DNA of 55,512 nucleotides, from assembly GCA_003427395.1 (NCBI GenBank), contig BFEA01000039.1:3081152-3136663 (forward strand). The letters are read 5' to 3'. Below the pieces are notes generated by a model. It did not search any database. It worked only from the letters and a program-made list of their open reading frames with translations, and was not told the origin of the DNA. The translations under genes and the position numbers were made by a program. The stretch comes from Chara braunii (Eukaryota; Plantae; Charophyceae). Positions 22,366 through 35,199 of this stretch are shown piece after piece; the first letter of the stretch is position 1, and each line of letters begins with the position of its first letter.

Positions 22366-25300
22366 TTTACGCCTTATGTAAATTAGATATAAGAGACAAA
22401 TCATTGAAAGACTACGAACTATTGTTTGATAAGAGTACTTATTATTGTGGTTTGACATTGCGTATGGCTGAGTGGGATCATTACCTAGTCTAAGTTTCAG
22501 TTTGATAGGTAGTTGCTTTAGAGGTTCGCCACGTGCTAAAGTTATAAGAGTTAGTTCAATTTATGTATTTTTTTAGTTAATTTTTCTTACTCAGGTTAAT
22601 CCTCACATTTTTAAGGATTATTTGTTATGCTTAGCTTCGTATAAATCTAAGTTAGTTACTTTTCCTACGGGAAGTGATGCCAAAGTTTCTACGAATCCAA
22701 AGAGTTAGTCAAATATGGTTTTTCAAAGTTCAACTTTTGTCTAAGTTTTATAACTGGCTTAGTAAGAATCTGAAAATTTTTCTTTTCTAGGGGAAGTGCT
22801 GCCCAACGTTTTACTAAATCAGGGAGTTAAACAAAATTTAACTCTGCAAAGTCAAGATTATTTAAAGTTTTCAATTTGACTTTGTATAAATTTTAGAAAA
22901 CTATTTTCTTTACAAGAAGCGTTCTCAAAATTTTTACTTGTCCTGGCAGGAATTCAAGTCTCAATTCGAGTTCTTATCTAACTTGGTATAAATCTGGAAA
23001 GTCTACTTCTCTAAAGGAGATGCTGCCCAAATTTTTAATAATTTACGGAATTAAATACAAATGACTTTCTAGAGTTAAAATTATTTCAATTCCCATATTG
23101 GAGCGAGTATAAATTTCGAAAAGACACTTTTCCTACGGGGAGCTCTGTTGAATTTTTTTTAGTTTAAAGGAGATATATTATATTTTGAAAGGTGGCGATT
23201 CTGACAATTCACTTTGTATGGGGGAGATTCTGTCATAAGTCTACCTTTCTTTGAACACTGACTTAGAGGTAGATTTAGACTTAGTTCGCAGAAGAATATT
23301 AAGTGAGAATATGCTATGGAGGTTCATTCCCCATACACTGATAGTTTGTTTTGGGAATTTGTTTGTCTTGTGTTACATGTCCTGTTTGATTGATTCGATT
23401 AAGGATTTGGACTAAATTCAATTCGATCCACGATGATCATCTTTTGTTATCACTTACTCGGATAACAGGTCGGTTTACGATTCAACTCCAACTCACTATC
23501 GCCAAACCAACCTAAAGGTTTTAACCTTGTGGTTTGAATTGTTTCATTTGGGTTTCCATCTAGACTTTATTAAATGGTCATTTAACAAAGATACTAAGCG
23601 CTTTTATTTATGGAAGGTTTGACGAAGGTTGGGGCTTATATGGCTAAAGCAAGGGGTATCATGATGAGCGCTGAAATGGTTGAAGTTGACCCCGTGTAGT
23701 GCGTGGACTTCTGGTTGAATCTTTGATATAATTGCAGGTATGTTTGTGGTTGGGCTTTGGATTTGAGTGCCTGCGATTACATACATATATATCGCTAAGA
23801 AAAGTCTCACTATGATTATGAGAAGTGATCCTTACATATTTATACCCTTATATATATGTACGTACATTTGTTTTGAATACTCATGCGACCTACTGTGACT
23901 GTGCGTAAGGATGAAACATAATTATGCTTTGCGAGAAAAGGGAGAACCCCTTTTACTCTTATGTTTTTTATAATTATTATAGTTGGACGTTATAGTTCGT
24001 GGCAACCGTCAAAGTCAAACCCCTTGAGTTCTCTCGAGGCCCTGGATGATGGAGTTCGTCTCCAGGGCAATAAGAAACGATTGGTACCACACATATGAAC
24101 TTGTGTACCACCCACTCTCCGCAGGGTGCAGAAGAGGGTGTGGTCCTCAACCGCACTTGGCAGTTGTCTAGCGTCGAGAGATTAATCCCTCAAACCGCGT
24201 GTCAGTCGACACTTGAGTGTCGTAAGCGATTCTCGGATCCACGAGGGACTGCATGATTATGGACGTTACATAGTACGCCATCATTGCGTCTGCTTGCATA
24301 TTTATGCATTGCTAGTCGATATGAGAAGGCCCTGCGTCTGCACAGTTTTATACTAAGTCTCACTCGCGACACCTATTCAATTTCCGCATCAAGAGGTTAT
24401 GGGATGGCTACTAAAGAGACTAGGGGTGTTGTTGTGTTGTTTGTTTTTTTTGTGTGTGTGTGTTTTAATTTTATGTTTTTTTTGTTCTTAGCATGGTTGT
24501 AACGCGTGGTGCGTGATATGCGTCCTAGTCGACCGACGACGAGTCGCGCTTGGGACTTCAGCCCCCCAAGGCGTCGATTCGCGTGCGGGTCCGATAGAGG
24601 CGTAGGACCGCGAATACCCCCTATGCTTCCATCTCTGCGATTGCAACTGATTAACTTTCGTATTGCCAGTGTGGACTGATAGTTCAGCGGGGATACGCCC
24701 ACCGAAAGGAGGTGACAACTCCCACAAGGTGGAGGTAAGTTGTACCTCGTGTAGGCCCTATCCTGTCGTAGGGGCTAGCAAGAGGTATGGCTGGTGCACT
24801 CGGCCGGAGCTGATGCAAAAGCTCCATTTAAGTATCGCGATTACAACCAACTCTTGCGTGACGTGGCCGGGAGGGTCCCGCCCTGTGAGGGACCGATGCG
24901 CTCGATACCACTCCCCCAAACCTGTTGAGGGTGAATGGTACTCCATCACAGAGGAGCGACTGTAGTATTCGGATCTTTGAAGAACTCGAAGATAACCTCT
25001 GACACGAATACAAATGGGAAGTACAGAGAAGCAATAAGCTCGCAGCCCAGCTCACACCCACAGCCGACGTGGCTATCTCCACGGCCTCCTCACTTCAGCC
25101 TGTGCAGGTGTACAGAACCACTATAAGGACTATAAAACCCTAACACAAAAAACATTATCGGAGTTAAAATGAAGCGTCCAACGAATTCAACGAAATGCCA
25201 TCTTTTTTATTATTTATCCAAGCATGTAAAAACTGGGCATATGACGTACCCTAAAACACGTATATATCACATAGAAAGAAAAACAAGAAAAAAAACAAAA

Positions 25301-25589
25301 AATCAGAACAATGTGACAGTTTCGGTGCAATTCGGTGCAAAATTCGCCGAAAATAACACCCCTGGTTAACCATATGTGACCATAGGAGGACGAACGACCC
25401 ACCACCTGCAGGTCAACCCCTCCAAAGTTGCAGAATAGACCCAATGAGCCACTATTGACAAACTTCAGCAGGAAAGACCATGTACCTCTTTCAATACACA
25501 TCCGACGAAGCGAGGGCCGACCTCTCCAAGCCTGCCAATGTGGTTCAAGAGGCCGCAAATGCTCTCCACAACGTAGCCACTACCCAACC

Positions 25590-25920
25590 ATAGATTACCG
25601 AGCACAACCTAACAGACCTCTGGAAACAACTTCCCTTACTCCCCTCTCGTAAATTTGCAAGTTTGCTCTGGGTGCTCTTTCACACAATCATACCTAATGC
25701 AACCCAGTTATTTCACATGGGAATGGACCTAGAGACAAAATGCAGACACTACGGTGGTCAAGCTGAAGAGACTCGACATTACCTCATTTGGCCCTGTCCT
25801 GCCTCCTACCGCATCTGGTGTCGGCCCTTTCCTCTCTACCTTGTCGGGCTTTTTCGGCCCACACCTAACCAGCCCCTCGGAAGTTGGAGCAGCTCCCTCT
25901 TTTAGGGGGGGGGGGGGCGC
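25590..25920 (+). pseudogene. Non-LTR (L1-type) retrotransposon ORF2 C-terminal zf-RVT fragment
   Basis: DLWKQLPLLPSRKFASLLWVLFHTIIPNATQLFHMGMDLETKCRHYGGQAEETRHYLIWPCPASYRIW fits LW..P.K...LW...H..IP....L...G....C..C...ET..HL.W.CP....IW. Confidence 0.78.
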
Positions 25921-26610
25921 CCTTGGGGTCCCGGGCCACCCAGCCTAAACCGCTCAGAGTTCCGGGATGCACGCCGACGACTTAACAAAACCCCTTTCGT
26001 TCTCGTTAATTCAAACTGAAACGACAAACACAAGACACTTGTGCTTTTGCGAAAACCCACTACCGTTCCCAGAACCTTAGAAACCCAACTTTGTTCCCAC
26101 CAATACAAGCCCCACAGTATTCAGAAAACAAGGCTGGATATTGACACTTTTACAGACACCCGATACTATTATCAGAACTCGAAGAAATCACTTCTGACTA
26201 CCGCGAGCCCGGACCTCACCAAACTCATAAATGACACTTTTACAGAAAACCTGACACAATTCTCAGGACTACAAGAAGTTTTTTTTGGTTCCCGCTAGCC
26301 CGGTCCGTACCAAACTCAGAAATGACGCTTTTACGAAAACCCGACTCTGCTAGAAGAAGCCACATTTAGTTCTCATGCACCGAACTCAGAAAACAAGGCG
26401 GAGCTTTTGCTTTTCTCCCGGATCTCTTCTCCCCCCTTCTCTCTTTCGCTCTCTCTCTCTCATGCACGTGTACATTCGCTGGCGCGAGGCGCTGTCCCGA
26501 TCGTTCTCAGTCGGCCGAACACTTCTTTCTCCCCAAGTGACACCCGTTGGATGGCTCGCGCGACACTCTATTCTGCTCGCACACCTCCACACGCGAGTCC
26601 CCGTAAGTTC

Positions 26611-26614
<4 letters not shown>

Positions 26615-26686
<72 letters not shown>
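26615..26686. repeat. (CT)n microsatellite
   Basis: Direct read; further (CT)n tracts at 27941-28005 and 30608-30694. Confidence 0.98.
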
Positions 26687-26689
<3 letters not shown>

Positions 26690-27938
26690 CGAGTGGCACC
26701 TTGGTTCAGACCGAGCAAGTAGCATGGCACTCTTGGCCTAGCGTGCAAGAACAACTGGGCATGAAGCCAAAGGCGAGTAGAGGGGTGGAACCCTCTCTCT
26801 CTCCCTCCTCTCTCTTACTCCCTCGACCCCCTTTCTCCCAATGCCCGACCAGGCCTAAGCAACTCGCGCGAGTGCGGCCTGAAGTTCAATCGTGCAGCAG
26901 GAAATTAGCCATGGGGCGAAAAACTTGAGGCAGGGGGCTCGCAACTCGGGAGCGTGGCTAGCCTCGCAGCGAAAAAGCCTGTCGGGGTGCCGCTCCCAAT
27001 CCCCGAGATGTTTGTTGGGAGGGGCGTGTTAGTGAGAAGCTCATAACCAGAGAGTACGGATAGCAACTCATAGCCAGAGAGCGCTGTGAGAAGCTCGCTA
27101 TAAGAGAGTGTCACGAGAAGAGAGCAATACCCTCAGCAGCTCGAAAAAGAGGAGCTCGGAAAGTACGTGAGGTGCTCGTAATCGGAGAACGCAGTGAACA
27201 ACTCGTCACTTTAAAAGATCGTCACCCGGAAGCATCTTGAGTAGTTCATAATCCAGGAGCTCGTGATCAGAAAGTGCTGTCGAAAAACAGTCCGTCGGCT
27301 GAAAACTTCGTGGGATGCCCGTCGCCCGAAAATATCTTGAGCAGCTCGGAGTCGAGGAACTCGTGATCGGAAAGCGCTGCAACTAACTTGTACCCAGGAG
27401 ACGTAGGAGGAAACTCTCACCGAACGGCCGGGTCGGCGCAAGTACTCTGAAAGCCGACCCGAGCTGGGGCTCGAACACAGGCGCGAGGCCACAACCAGAG
27501 AAGCGACGACCTTCGCTCCTTCCTCCCCGCTTTCTCGACGTACTTGACCCGAGCGCCGACTTCTCTCGAGCCCACTACGGTTCGTGTGGCAAATCCCCTC
27601 CCACGATCGCAGGTTCTGAGCGCTCCCTGCCCCTCTCCCGCTTCCTGCCCCTCTCCCGCTTCCCACGTGCGTGTTCAGTGGAGGCCGACTGCCGTCGTGC
27701 CGAGCCAGTACTCTGTCTCTCTTTCTCTCTCACCCTTTCCTGCTCTGTCTCCCTCTCTCTTCCTCTCCCTCCCTTCTTTCGTGCGGCCTGGGCTATACAG
27801 CGATGGCGGTCGTTAGTACGTTCTGAGCGTTTCTCCGCACATCTTCGCCTCTTTCTCTCTCTCGTTTCTTGTGCGCAGCCTGCGATATCGAGCGCCGGCG
27901 GCCGTTGGTGCCTTCCGTGCGTTTCTCCGCATACCTTC

Positions 27939-28007
<69 letters not shown>

Positions 28008-28641
28008 TCGAGCGCCGGCCGCTAGCCGGTGTTCAGCTCTCCGAACTCTGAACCCCCGAGCGTCGTTGAGCTCGCCTTTGACGGCGTGAAGGCGTGCCAA
28101 CTCCTGTGAGCTAGCGATCGGATTGCGTGGACCCCCCCGTGCGTTGAATCTCCGATAGTGAGTCAGCTCGCTGGGACCTTCTCCACTTACGTGCGCCTCC
28201 CTTTTTTCTCACCCTCGTCCTTCCTTTATACTCCTTTTCTTTTCCCTAGCCTCTTCTAGATCAATCCTTCCTCTGCATTCCCCCTCCAATCACAGCGCCC
28301 GCAGGTTACTATCTGATTTTTGCTGAAAATTTCACCAAGCTCTGACCTTTTCCGCCTCCTTTCCCAATACATTGGCCTCTTCCCACTTTCCCGCCGAGCG
28401 AGTTCCTCCTCGATTCCTTCCCCCTCCGATTGATTTTTCTGCTTCGACCTCCCACCACGTTCAACTCTTTTCAAGAAACAGTTAGGTCCTCCTTTTCACA
28501 GCGCGGTTTCCAGTCTATCAACGTCCTACTGTGGCTTCGATCACTCTTCGCCTTGCTCTCCCCACCACCCCATCTTCGCTTTGCGGAAACGCTTGGACTC
28601 CGTCCGCGCAGCCTCTCGACCGATCTTTCTTCGAATCCCCC

Positions 28642-29198
28642 CCTCACCCCCATTAGATCCTTTCCGGATCCTCTGATCCCGACTCTTCCCCCATCGTGAT
28701 CTCCCCTCCTCACCTTGATCCTGCGGGTAACGGTTGGCCTTCTTGGCAGACCTCCCTTCCTCAAACGGTTGGCTTTCTTGGGCGGTGGTTCTTCAAAAAA
28801 AATGGTTGTAGCTCAGGCTTATCCCGCCGCACGTTCTTTGACCTTCAGCCGCCCTGCTCGTTGCAGCGCGCACCCTCCTCCTTGCTTGGTTTCCATTTCT
28901 CAATGCCGACACCGTCTCTCTCGTGTTACCGTCCATAGGATAGCTTCCAAAGGCGTTGGTCGATCTCCCCCACCGTGCGGCCTGTCGGCCGATCCTTCTT
29001 CGACTCCGCCCCCTCACCCCCATTAGATCGTTTCCAGATCCTTTGATCCCGACTCTTCCCCCATCGTGATCTCCCCTCCTCACCTTGATCCCGCGGGAAA
29101 CGGTTGGCCTTCTTGGCAGACCTCCCTTCCTCAAACGTTTGGCTTTCTTGGCCGATGGCTCTTCAAAAAACGGTTGTAGCTCAGGCTTATCCTGCCGC
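28642..29198. repeat. ~190 bp direct repeat (28642-28830 and 29011-29198)
   Basis: ccctcacccccattagatc...gtagctcaggcttatcc.gccgc occurs twice; the minus strand encodes DKPELQPFF..KKAxRLRKGGLPRRPTV. Confidence 0.9.
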
Positions 29199-29470
29199 GC
29201 GCCCGCCCGGTGCTCCATTGCACCCACCCGTCGTGGTTGGTGTCGCAGACCTCCCGATTTGTCCAGCCTCCCCAAGCCCCAACGACCAGCCCTGATGCCG
29301 GCCCAATGAGATCCATTCCCAGTAGATCACAGGCCCCGAGCCTGCCCACCGCCCTGGTTCAACCCCACCGCCCATGCGGTGATGACATCATTATTCTGGG
29401 CCCTGTTGCTCTGATCGGAGCAATCAGATAAGGCGGCGCCGCACCCTCGAGTCAGCCACAGGAAACGTCG

Positions 29471-29484
29471 CCCCTTTTATAGCC
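29471..29484 (-). promoter_or_regulatory. Candidate TATA box GGCTATAAAAGGGG
   Basis: Canonical TATAAAAG in a GC-rich context, upstream of the minus-strand ORFs at 28.5-29.4 kb. Confidence 0.35.
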
Positions 29485-30607
29485 AAGGATGATAGCCTCT
29501 AGGTCTGTGGTCCGATCATTCCGTCGAAGCGAAGAACTGACCTCTCTCTCCGGGCACACGCCCCCGAATCGCGTACCCCCGCACACAGTGGTTCCTTGGC
29601 CGCACTCATTCCCCCTCTGTTTCTATTGGGACCAACCCTGCGGCCGCCGTCTGCTGAGGATCACCCCTTTCCCCGGGCCTCGTCTCTTTCCGGCTTCTTC
29701 CCATAGTCCTAAGGTTAGCTGCGGTCAAAACAAAAACATGCGCCCTCGATACCCGACTTCCCGAGGAACTCCGCCTTCAGCCCCAAAGTCAGCCACTTTC
29801 TCGCTGCCCTCCATGAGCGGTGTCAAAATCTCAGATTTTTGGTCCGCTCGCGGCCCGCTCATGCCCTCGAGTCGACTGCCCTGTCCCTGCTTGTTCAAAC
29901 GTTAGTACAGATCAAGAAACCCTCGGACTCCCCCAGCAATCCCTCAGATCTCACACACCCAGGCATCAAAACATGCAAAGAAAGAAAACGTGGCAGAAAA
30001 AAAACCCGGTTCGTTGATTCAAGCGCCGCGGCTGGTAGACAGCCGCCTGACAATGTCTCCATTGCTGATATACTCATTGATCTGGGGCTGTTCGATTCCA
30101 GAATGACGCTGGCTGGTGCTGGGGTGTTGCCCTGTAACCTGCTGATGCAGGAGTGTGAGGCCTGATAGAGAGATCAGGGGATGATTTGGGATGGACATTC
30201 CAAGGGACAACCAAGGGTTGTTGCCAGGACGACGTTGGCCGGAGCTGGGGCGAGTCATGTTGCCCTGTAACGCAACAGGGTGGGGGTGTGAGGCCTGGAA
30301 GAGCTCGGCACGGAGTAAGACAGTGCTGGAGAGCTTTAGAAGGGTTGCTAGGGATCCACAGGGTTTTGAGCATTTGTAGGACCTCTGTGGTGGCATGCTT
30401 TTTTTGTGGGCATACTTTTTTTCTGTAGTTTGTCGTAGTAATTTTCTAAGTAGCTCAAAATTCTCTCAAAGTTCTCTCAGTCAAAGCCAGGCGGCCCTGG
30501 TATCTTAAACTTTCAAAATTTGATGTAAATTTCCATATGGGACGCTGGGCCCGGTTCCCAGCACATGCTGCTCCCCACAAACAGATTGGAGCCTTGTCCC
30601 CCGTCCN

Positions 30608-30695
<88 letters not shown>

Positions 30696-30802
30696 GCGCC
30701 GGCCGCTAGCTGGTATCGAGCTCTTCGAACTCCGAACTCCCGAGCGTCGTTGAGCTCGCCTCTGACGGCGCGAAGGCGTGCCAACTCCAGTGAGCTATCG
30801 AT

Positions 30803-32150
30803 CTGTTTTTTTTCCCGTTTTGATCCTTTTGCGACAGAAGCCCCCCCACGGAACTAGGTCCAGCGTCCGTAGCAACTATGAATGGTCGATTCTCCTCATC
30901 CTCGAAGAACGGAACCCCTAAGATCTGCCCTCCTTCACGAAATTCTTCTTTAAGAACCTCCATGGCCGCGGCCTGCTCGTCTCTTCAAATCCATCCCTTC
31001 AATTTTTTAAGCAGTCGTCTAAGAGGCTCCGTTTTCTCATTGTACGCTCTTATAAAGATCCTCCCATAGCCAACCACCCCTAGGAATTGCCTAACCTCCG
31101 TTATTGACTTTAGCGACGACGGCCAGGTCATCAATTTTTTCAATTTCCCGGGGTCGGGCCTCCGCCCATCCTTATCGCAGATGAAACTTAATATCTTGAT
31201 TAACGACACGCCCCAGCGACTCTTAGTTCCGCTCACCGTAAGGTTGGCGTCGTCTAATTTCACAAGGACATCCCTGACATCTCTCATGTGGTCTACTACA
31301 AACTTTCTTACCCCGGGGAAGACCTCTGTCTCATCCCGTTCAACCGGCCCCTTTATCGGGAAGTCATCTAGGAAGACCTCCACCTTCTCATGTATGAACT
31401 CTTAAGGACCGCAATCATGGCCCTTTGGAACACTCCCACGCTGTTCGTCCACCCCATTGGTACCACCATCATCTGGACCAGCCCTACAGGCGTATGCATG
31501 GCGGTCATGTGCCTATCTTGGTAGCCCAAGAGGATTTCATCATACCTCGAGAAAAGATCGCAAATCGAGTTGATTGAGCGACCTGTTGATCCTTCCGTGA
31601 GTAGATCTGCGTCAGGTATGGAACCTACATCCCTTATGGTGACAGCGTTGGTTCTATGGTGATTCTGAATCCACCTCAACTTGTTGTTACCACCCTTCCT
31701 CAGAAAGAACCATTTGTTGGAGTAGGCACTCTCACAGGGCTCTGCGACGAACGTTCTGATATTTTCCTTGATAAAGGTCACTATCTCCTCCTTTTCCTTT
31801 TGAGCGTACTTCTATTGGGGTCTATCTTTCCAGGGCACATGCGGAATCGTATGGATCCGGACAGGCTTAGCATACCTTGGGTCGATCCTCCCTCTTTCCG
31901 AGTCATCGACGGCAATGGCCTTATCGCAGCCCCTTAGGGTCATTGCTACGTACTCCTTCTCCTTCTCCATAAGGTTTCCATCCCCTATATCCATCGTGGC
32001 CAACCTATCGGCCGAAATTCTTTGCTCCTCGTTTTTTTTCCTTTTTCGGATGATATCGGCGATCTCCTCCTCCGATATCGAAGTTTCCCCCGTTCTATCC
32101 CGGCTGACCACAGCTGGTTTCACTTTTTTCGTCACGGTTTAATGCTTCTT
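30803..32150 (-). pseudogene. pol: E1 reverse transcriptase and start of RNase H
   Basis: YSNKWFFLRK..KLRWIQN, DLFSRYD, VPMGWTNSVGVFQRAM, catalytic VFLDD, EVRQFLGVVGY, RNase H start FIVATDAG; carries frameshifts and stops. Confidence 0.93.
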
Positions 32151-32161
32151 AATTCCGTCGG

Positions 32162-32940
32162 CTAGGGGGATTCCTCCAAAAAAGACAGTCTCACACATCC
32201 ACCAAACTCCTCTTCCTCGTCCTCCTTCTCGTACCCTATCCCGTTGATCACGACCCTGCCCCCGACATCCTCGATCTCTAACCGGTCCCCCGGGGGTTCC
32301 TCATTCGAAAAAGGTGTTTCTTCCAGACGGACTTGGCATACCCTCGACTGGGCCCTCTTCCGTCTAGGAATGTGGGTCCGGTTCTGCTCATCTTGCGCGT
32401 CCACGATCTTTAGGACCACCTGGATTTCATCCAGACTTTGGATTGAGATGGTCTGACTTCCATCAGGTAGGTCAACCGTGGTAGCGTGAACCGCGTTCAG
32501 CCAGGTCTTACCGAGGATCAAGTCGGAGGAACAATTTTTACCGAAAATATTGGGACCGATGCCTCGACGCCTGCGACCTCGATCACGGGGTTGTGACACA
32601 CTCCCTCTGCCGGTTGTAGCTTGTTATCTGCTACGACCATTGACATTGACACCCCCCTATCTATTTCCAATCCTAACTCCCGGGCAATGGAGTCCCTACA
32701 TACCGTGGATTCGGACCCATTGTCCACCAGAGCCTTCATCTTCTTCACGCTCACCACCGCTTGGAGCTAGCCGCTCCCTAATACGTAGAACTTTTTGACC
32801 TTCTCTCCTGAGAAGAAGTTTACCAGCAGCTCCTCCATGGTGATTCAGGAGGACTGCACTTCTTCCTTGGCTGGACCATCCCCCGGTACCGTGGGTCCTC
32901 CGACGGGCGGGATTCTCACTTTTTTCGTGATGCTTAAGAG
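32162..32940 (-). pseudogene. pol: E1 aspartic protease region
   Basis: KALVDNGSESTV (DxGS active-site motif) and, after a frameshift, DLILGKTWL. Confidence 0.88.
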
Positions 32941-35191
32941 TTATTTCCTAGCGCTTTTGCTGGCCGCCAAGTATTCCAGAAGCGTGCACTGCATAGGCTG
33001 CATCAGGGTCCTCCGTAGAGGAGCTACCGTGTCTATCTCATCCAAAGTGTATTTCATTTCGAACTTTTTCGCCCCCCTCTTCCTAGGCGATTTGGGTGAA
33101 GTGGGTTCCTCCTTCCTTTCCTCCGCACCTTTGGCATCGGTCATCGAATGGTCCGCCGCTTCTTCTTCCTCCATCTTCCGCCACGCTCTTTTTGCCTTTA
33201 GACATTTCGGCCCCAACCTGTGTTTTTACCCTTAGGCAAGGCCCCTCCTCTTCGGGTCGGGTCTCAACGAACTTGATGCTGGACACCTGGGGTTCCCTAA
33301 TGGACACACCTCCTGATGATTCTGTCATTTGGACATGGGAAAAGTTGGAGGTACCCCCAATCTCAGGCTTCTTCCCCAACCTCGCCTCCTCGAGGGCTAT
33401 CCTCTTGTCCACATTCACCTTCATTGAGGGATAGAAGGAGACTGTTTCCCCATCATCCCCCCAAACTACCAACTTATTTTCGTTTAATTTCACCACCCCT
33501 AATCTCAAGGCTTCCGTAAGGTAAGGGCATTCTCGTTTGAAATGACCCTCCTCATTACAGTAGACACACCCGCTTCGAGGCAGCGGGTTGTTAGGGCGGG
33601 GCGCGACTTGAGGTGGCGTTCCCATCGCCGCGGGAGGCTCAGGAGGCGGTGGCGTTCTAGCCTGACTCACCTCCGGCCGAGCACCCATGGCCCTAGGTTG
33701 GGGAGGGTCTCCCCACGTTCCATCCCTTGCATCTTTCCACCAGGAATTTCCCCATTCCGAGGCCTGATTACCTCCGGCCTCTCTATCGGCCCTCCAACTC
33801 ACTTGATTGTCGGGCTCGTTCCGCCAACCCGGGGGTCCTCCTCCCCAGCGCTGGGCGGGAGGCCCCGGAGGCTGCCTCTCGCTACTGCGAGGTCCGTCGC
33901 TCTTTTGGGAGCGCATACTCCGGAGTGCCATGTCTAGACTCTCCTTCATATATTCCCTTACGTCCACACCTCCCCCGGTGCAGACTACTTCGGCGACCCT
34001 TTCAAAATTTGCGGAATCCCTAGGGGCTTTTTCGAGGACCTCCCTCCTCTTTTCCTCGGGCAGGTGCAGCATGAACATTATGCACTTGTCGACCTCCGAA
34101 AGCATCCCTCTATCCACTAAGGTCTGGGACAAGCGTTTGAGCCGTCGGGTAAAGGCCACCAGGCTCTCTTGCTCTCCTCTCGTCACCCGACGTAGCCCCT
34201 CTATCATGGGGACCATATCGTCACACACAAAGATCCTAAGCAGGTTGCTTTTGAACATCTTCCCCCTTCCATCAGACCGGTACACGGCCCTAATGGCCTG
34301 GTCCAACTCCGGGTCCGAATGTTGAATGAAGTGATCGATCCACTCTTTCTCCGAAAACTTCTTACGGTAGGCATAACTCTCTCATTTCTCCACGAATCCA
34401 GTCACATCCCTTCCGTTAACGAAGAGCGACTCTAGCCCCAAGTTTACATCGTAGTAAGGGACTCGGCGATCGTCATATCGACGGAAGTAAGGTTCGTCTG
34501 CCGGCCCGTCTAGCACTGGATCGTAAGGTTTGTACCAGGACGGGTCCAAATCCTCCATTCGGGGTCGATATCCCGGAGGTCCACACGGTTCCTCCTCCCT
34601 GCGACCCCCATAATCCGGTTCCTCTCGTTCCCAGTACATGGACTCCGGGCCCCTTGCCCCTCTCTAGACATCTCCGGGTCCTCTCATATTTTTGCCTACT
34701 GCCTCTTCTCGTACCCAAGCGGGACCGACCTCCCTGCTCACCCATCTTCGCGGTCCTCCCCCAACTTCGGTTGGCCGTCCGTCCCCAAGTTCCCTCTTCC
34801 TCGGGCCACCCTCCTCGCTCCTCCTTGGTGCCCAGCACCCAGCCCTGTCATGAGGGCACTCTTGCCCCTCGCCAATTCTCTCTTCCATGTGGTCCGCCCA
34901 TCGGGTTTCGACGGGGAAGCCCCTTGTGGCTTCGGCCACCCTTTCTCTCACAGGGATACGCGATTCCATCTCCCGGTGCAAACGCTCATCCGAGCTTGCG
35001 CGTGGTTCCGTAGCTTTCTCCTCGATAGGTTCTTTCTGGCCTCTCAGGGCCCTGCCCATAGCCTCTAACCCTTCGGTCACCCCATCGGCCGTCTTGCTCA
35101 ACCTCGCCCCTAATTCGGCGTCTTCCTCGGCTCGCCCCATAGCGACGGTCTTTGGAGATTGGGCTACCCCGTGTTCCAGCACACTTTCCAT
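32941..35191 (-). pseudogene. gag: E1 Gag with CCHC zinc knuckle
   Basis: ORFs 34664-35296, 34382-34639 and 33083-34306 share one frame, broken by TAG and TGA; CVYCNEEGHFKREC knuckle; likely start MESVLEH (ATG 35191); frameshift near 33200 into the SPRKRGAKKF frame. Confidence 0.85.
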
Positions 35192-35199
35192 GCACCAGT

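Larger units (their letters stand above)
19160..23660 (-). mobile_element. Copy R of the ~4.5 kb unit (inverted homolog of 6660-11130)
   Basis: Same order of landmarks as copy L: TTAAATGnnCATTTAA palindrome, GGCAGC repeats, G-box gcacgtggc, repeat-spacer array, small ORF. Confidence 0.75.
25950..30600 (-). mobile_element. Probable 3' internal region / LTR of a gypsy copy related to E1
   Basis: 28011-28119 is a close copy of 30695-30803, the segment joined to E1 pol, and both follow (CT)n. The region has a basic low-complexity minus-strand ORF reminiscent of the post-integrase tail of E2. No LTR boundaries were identified. Confidence 0.4.
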
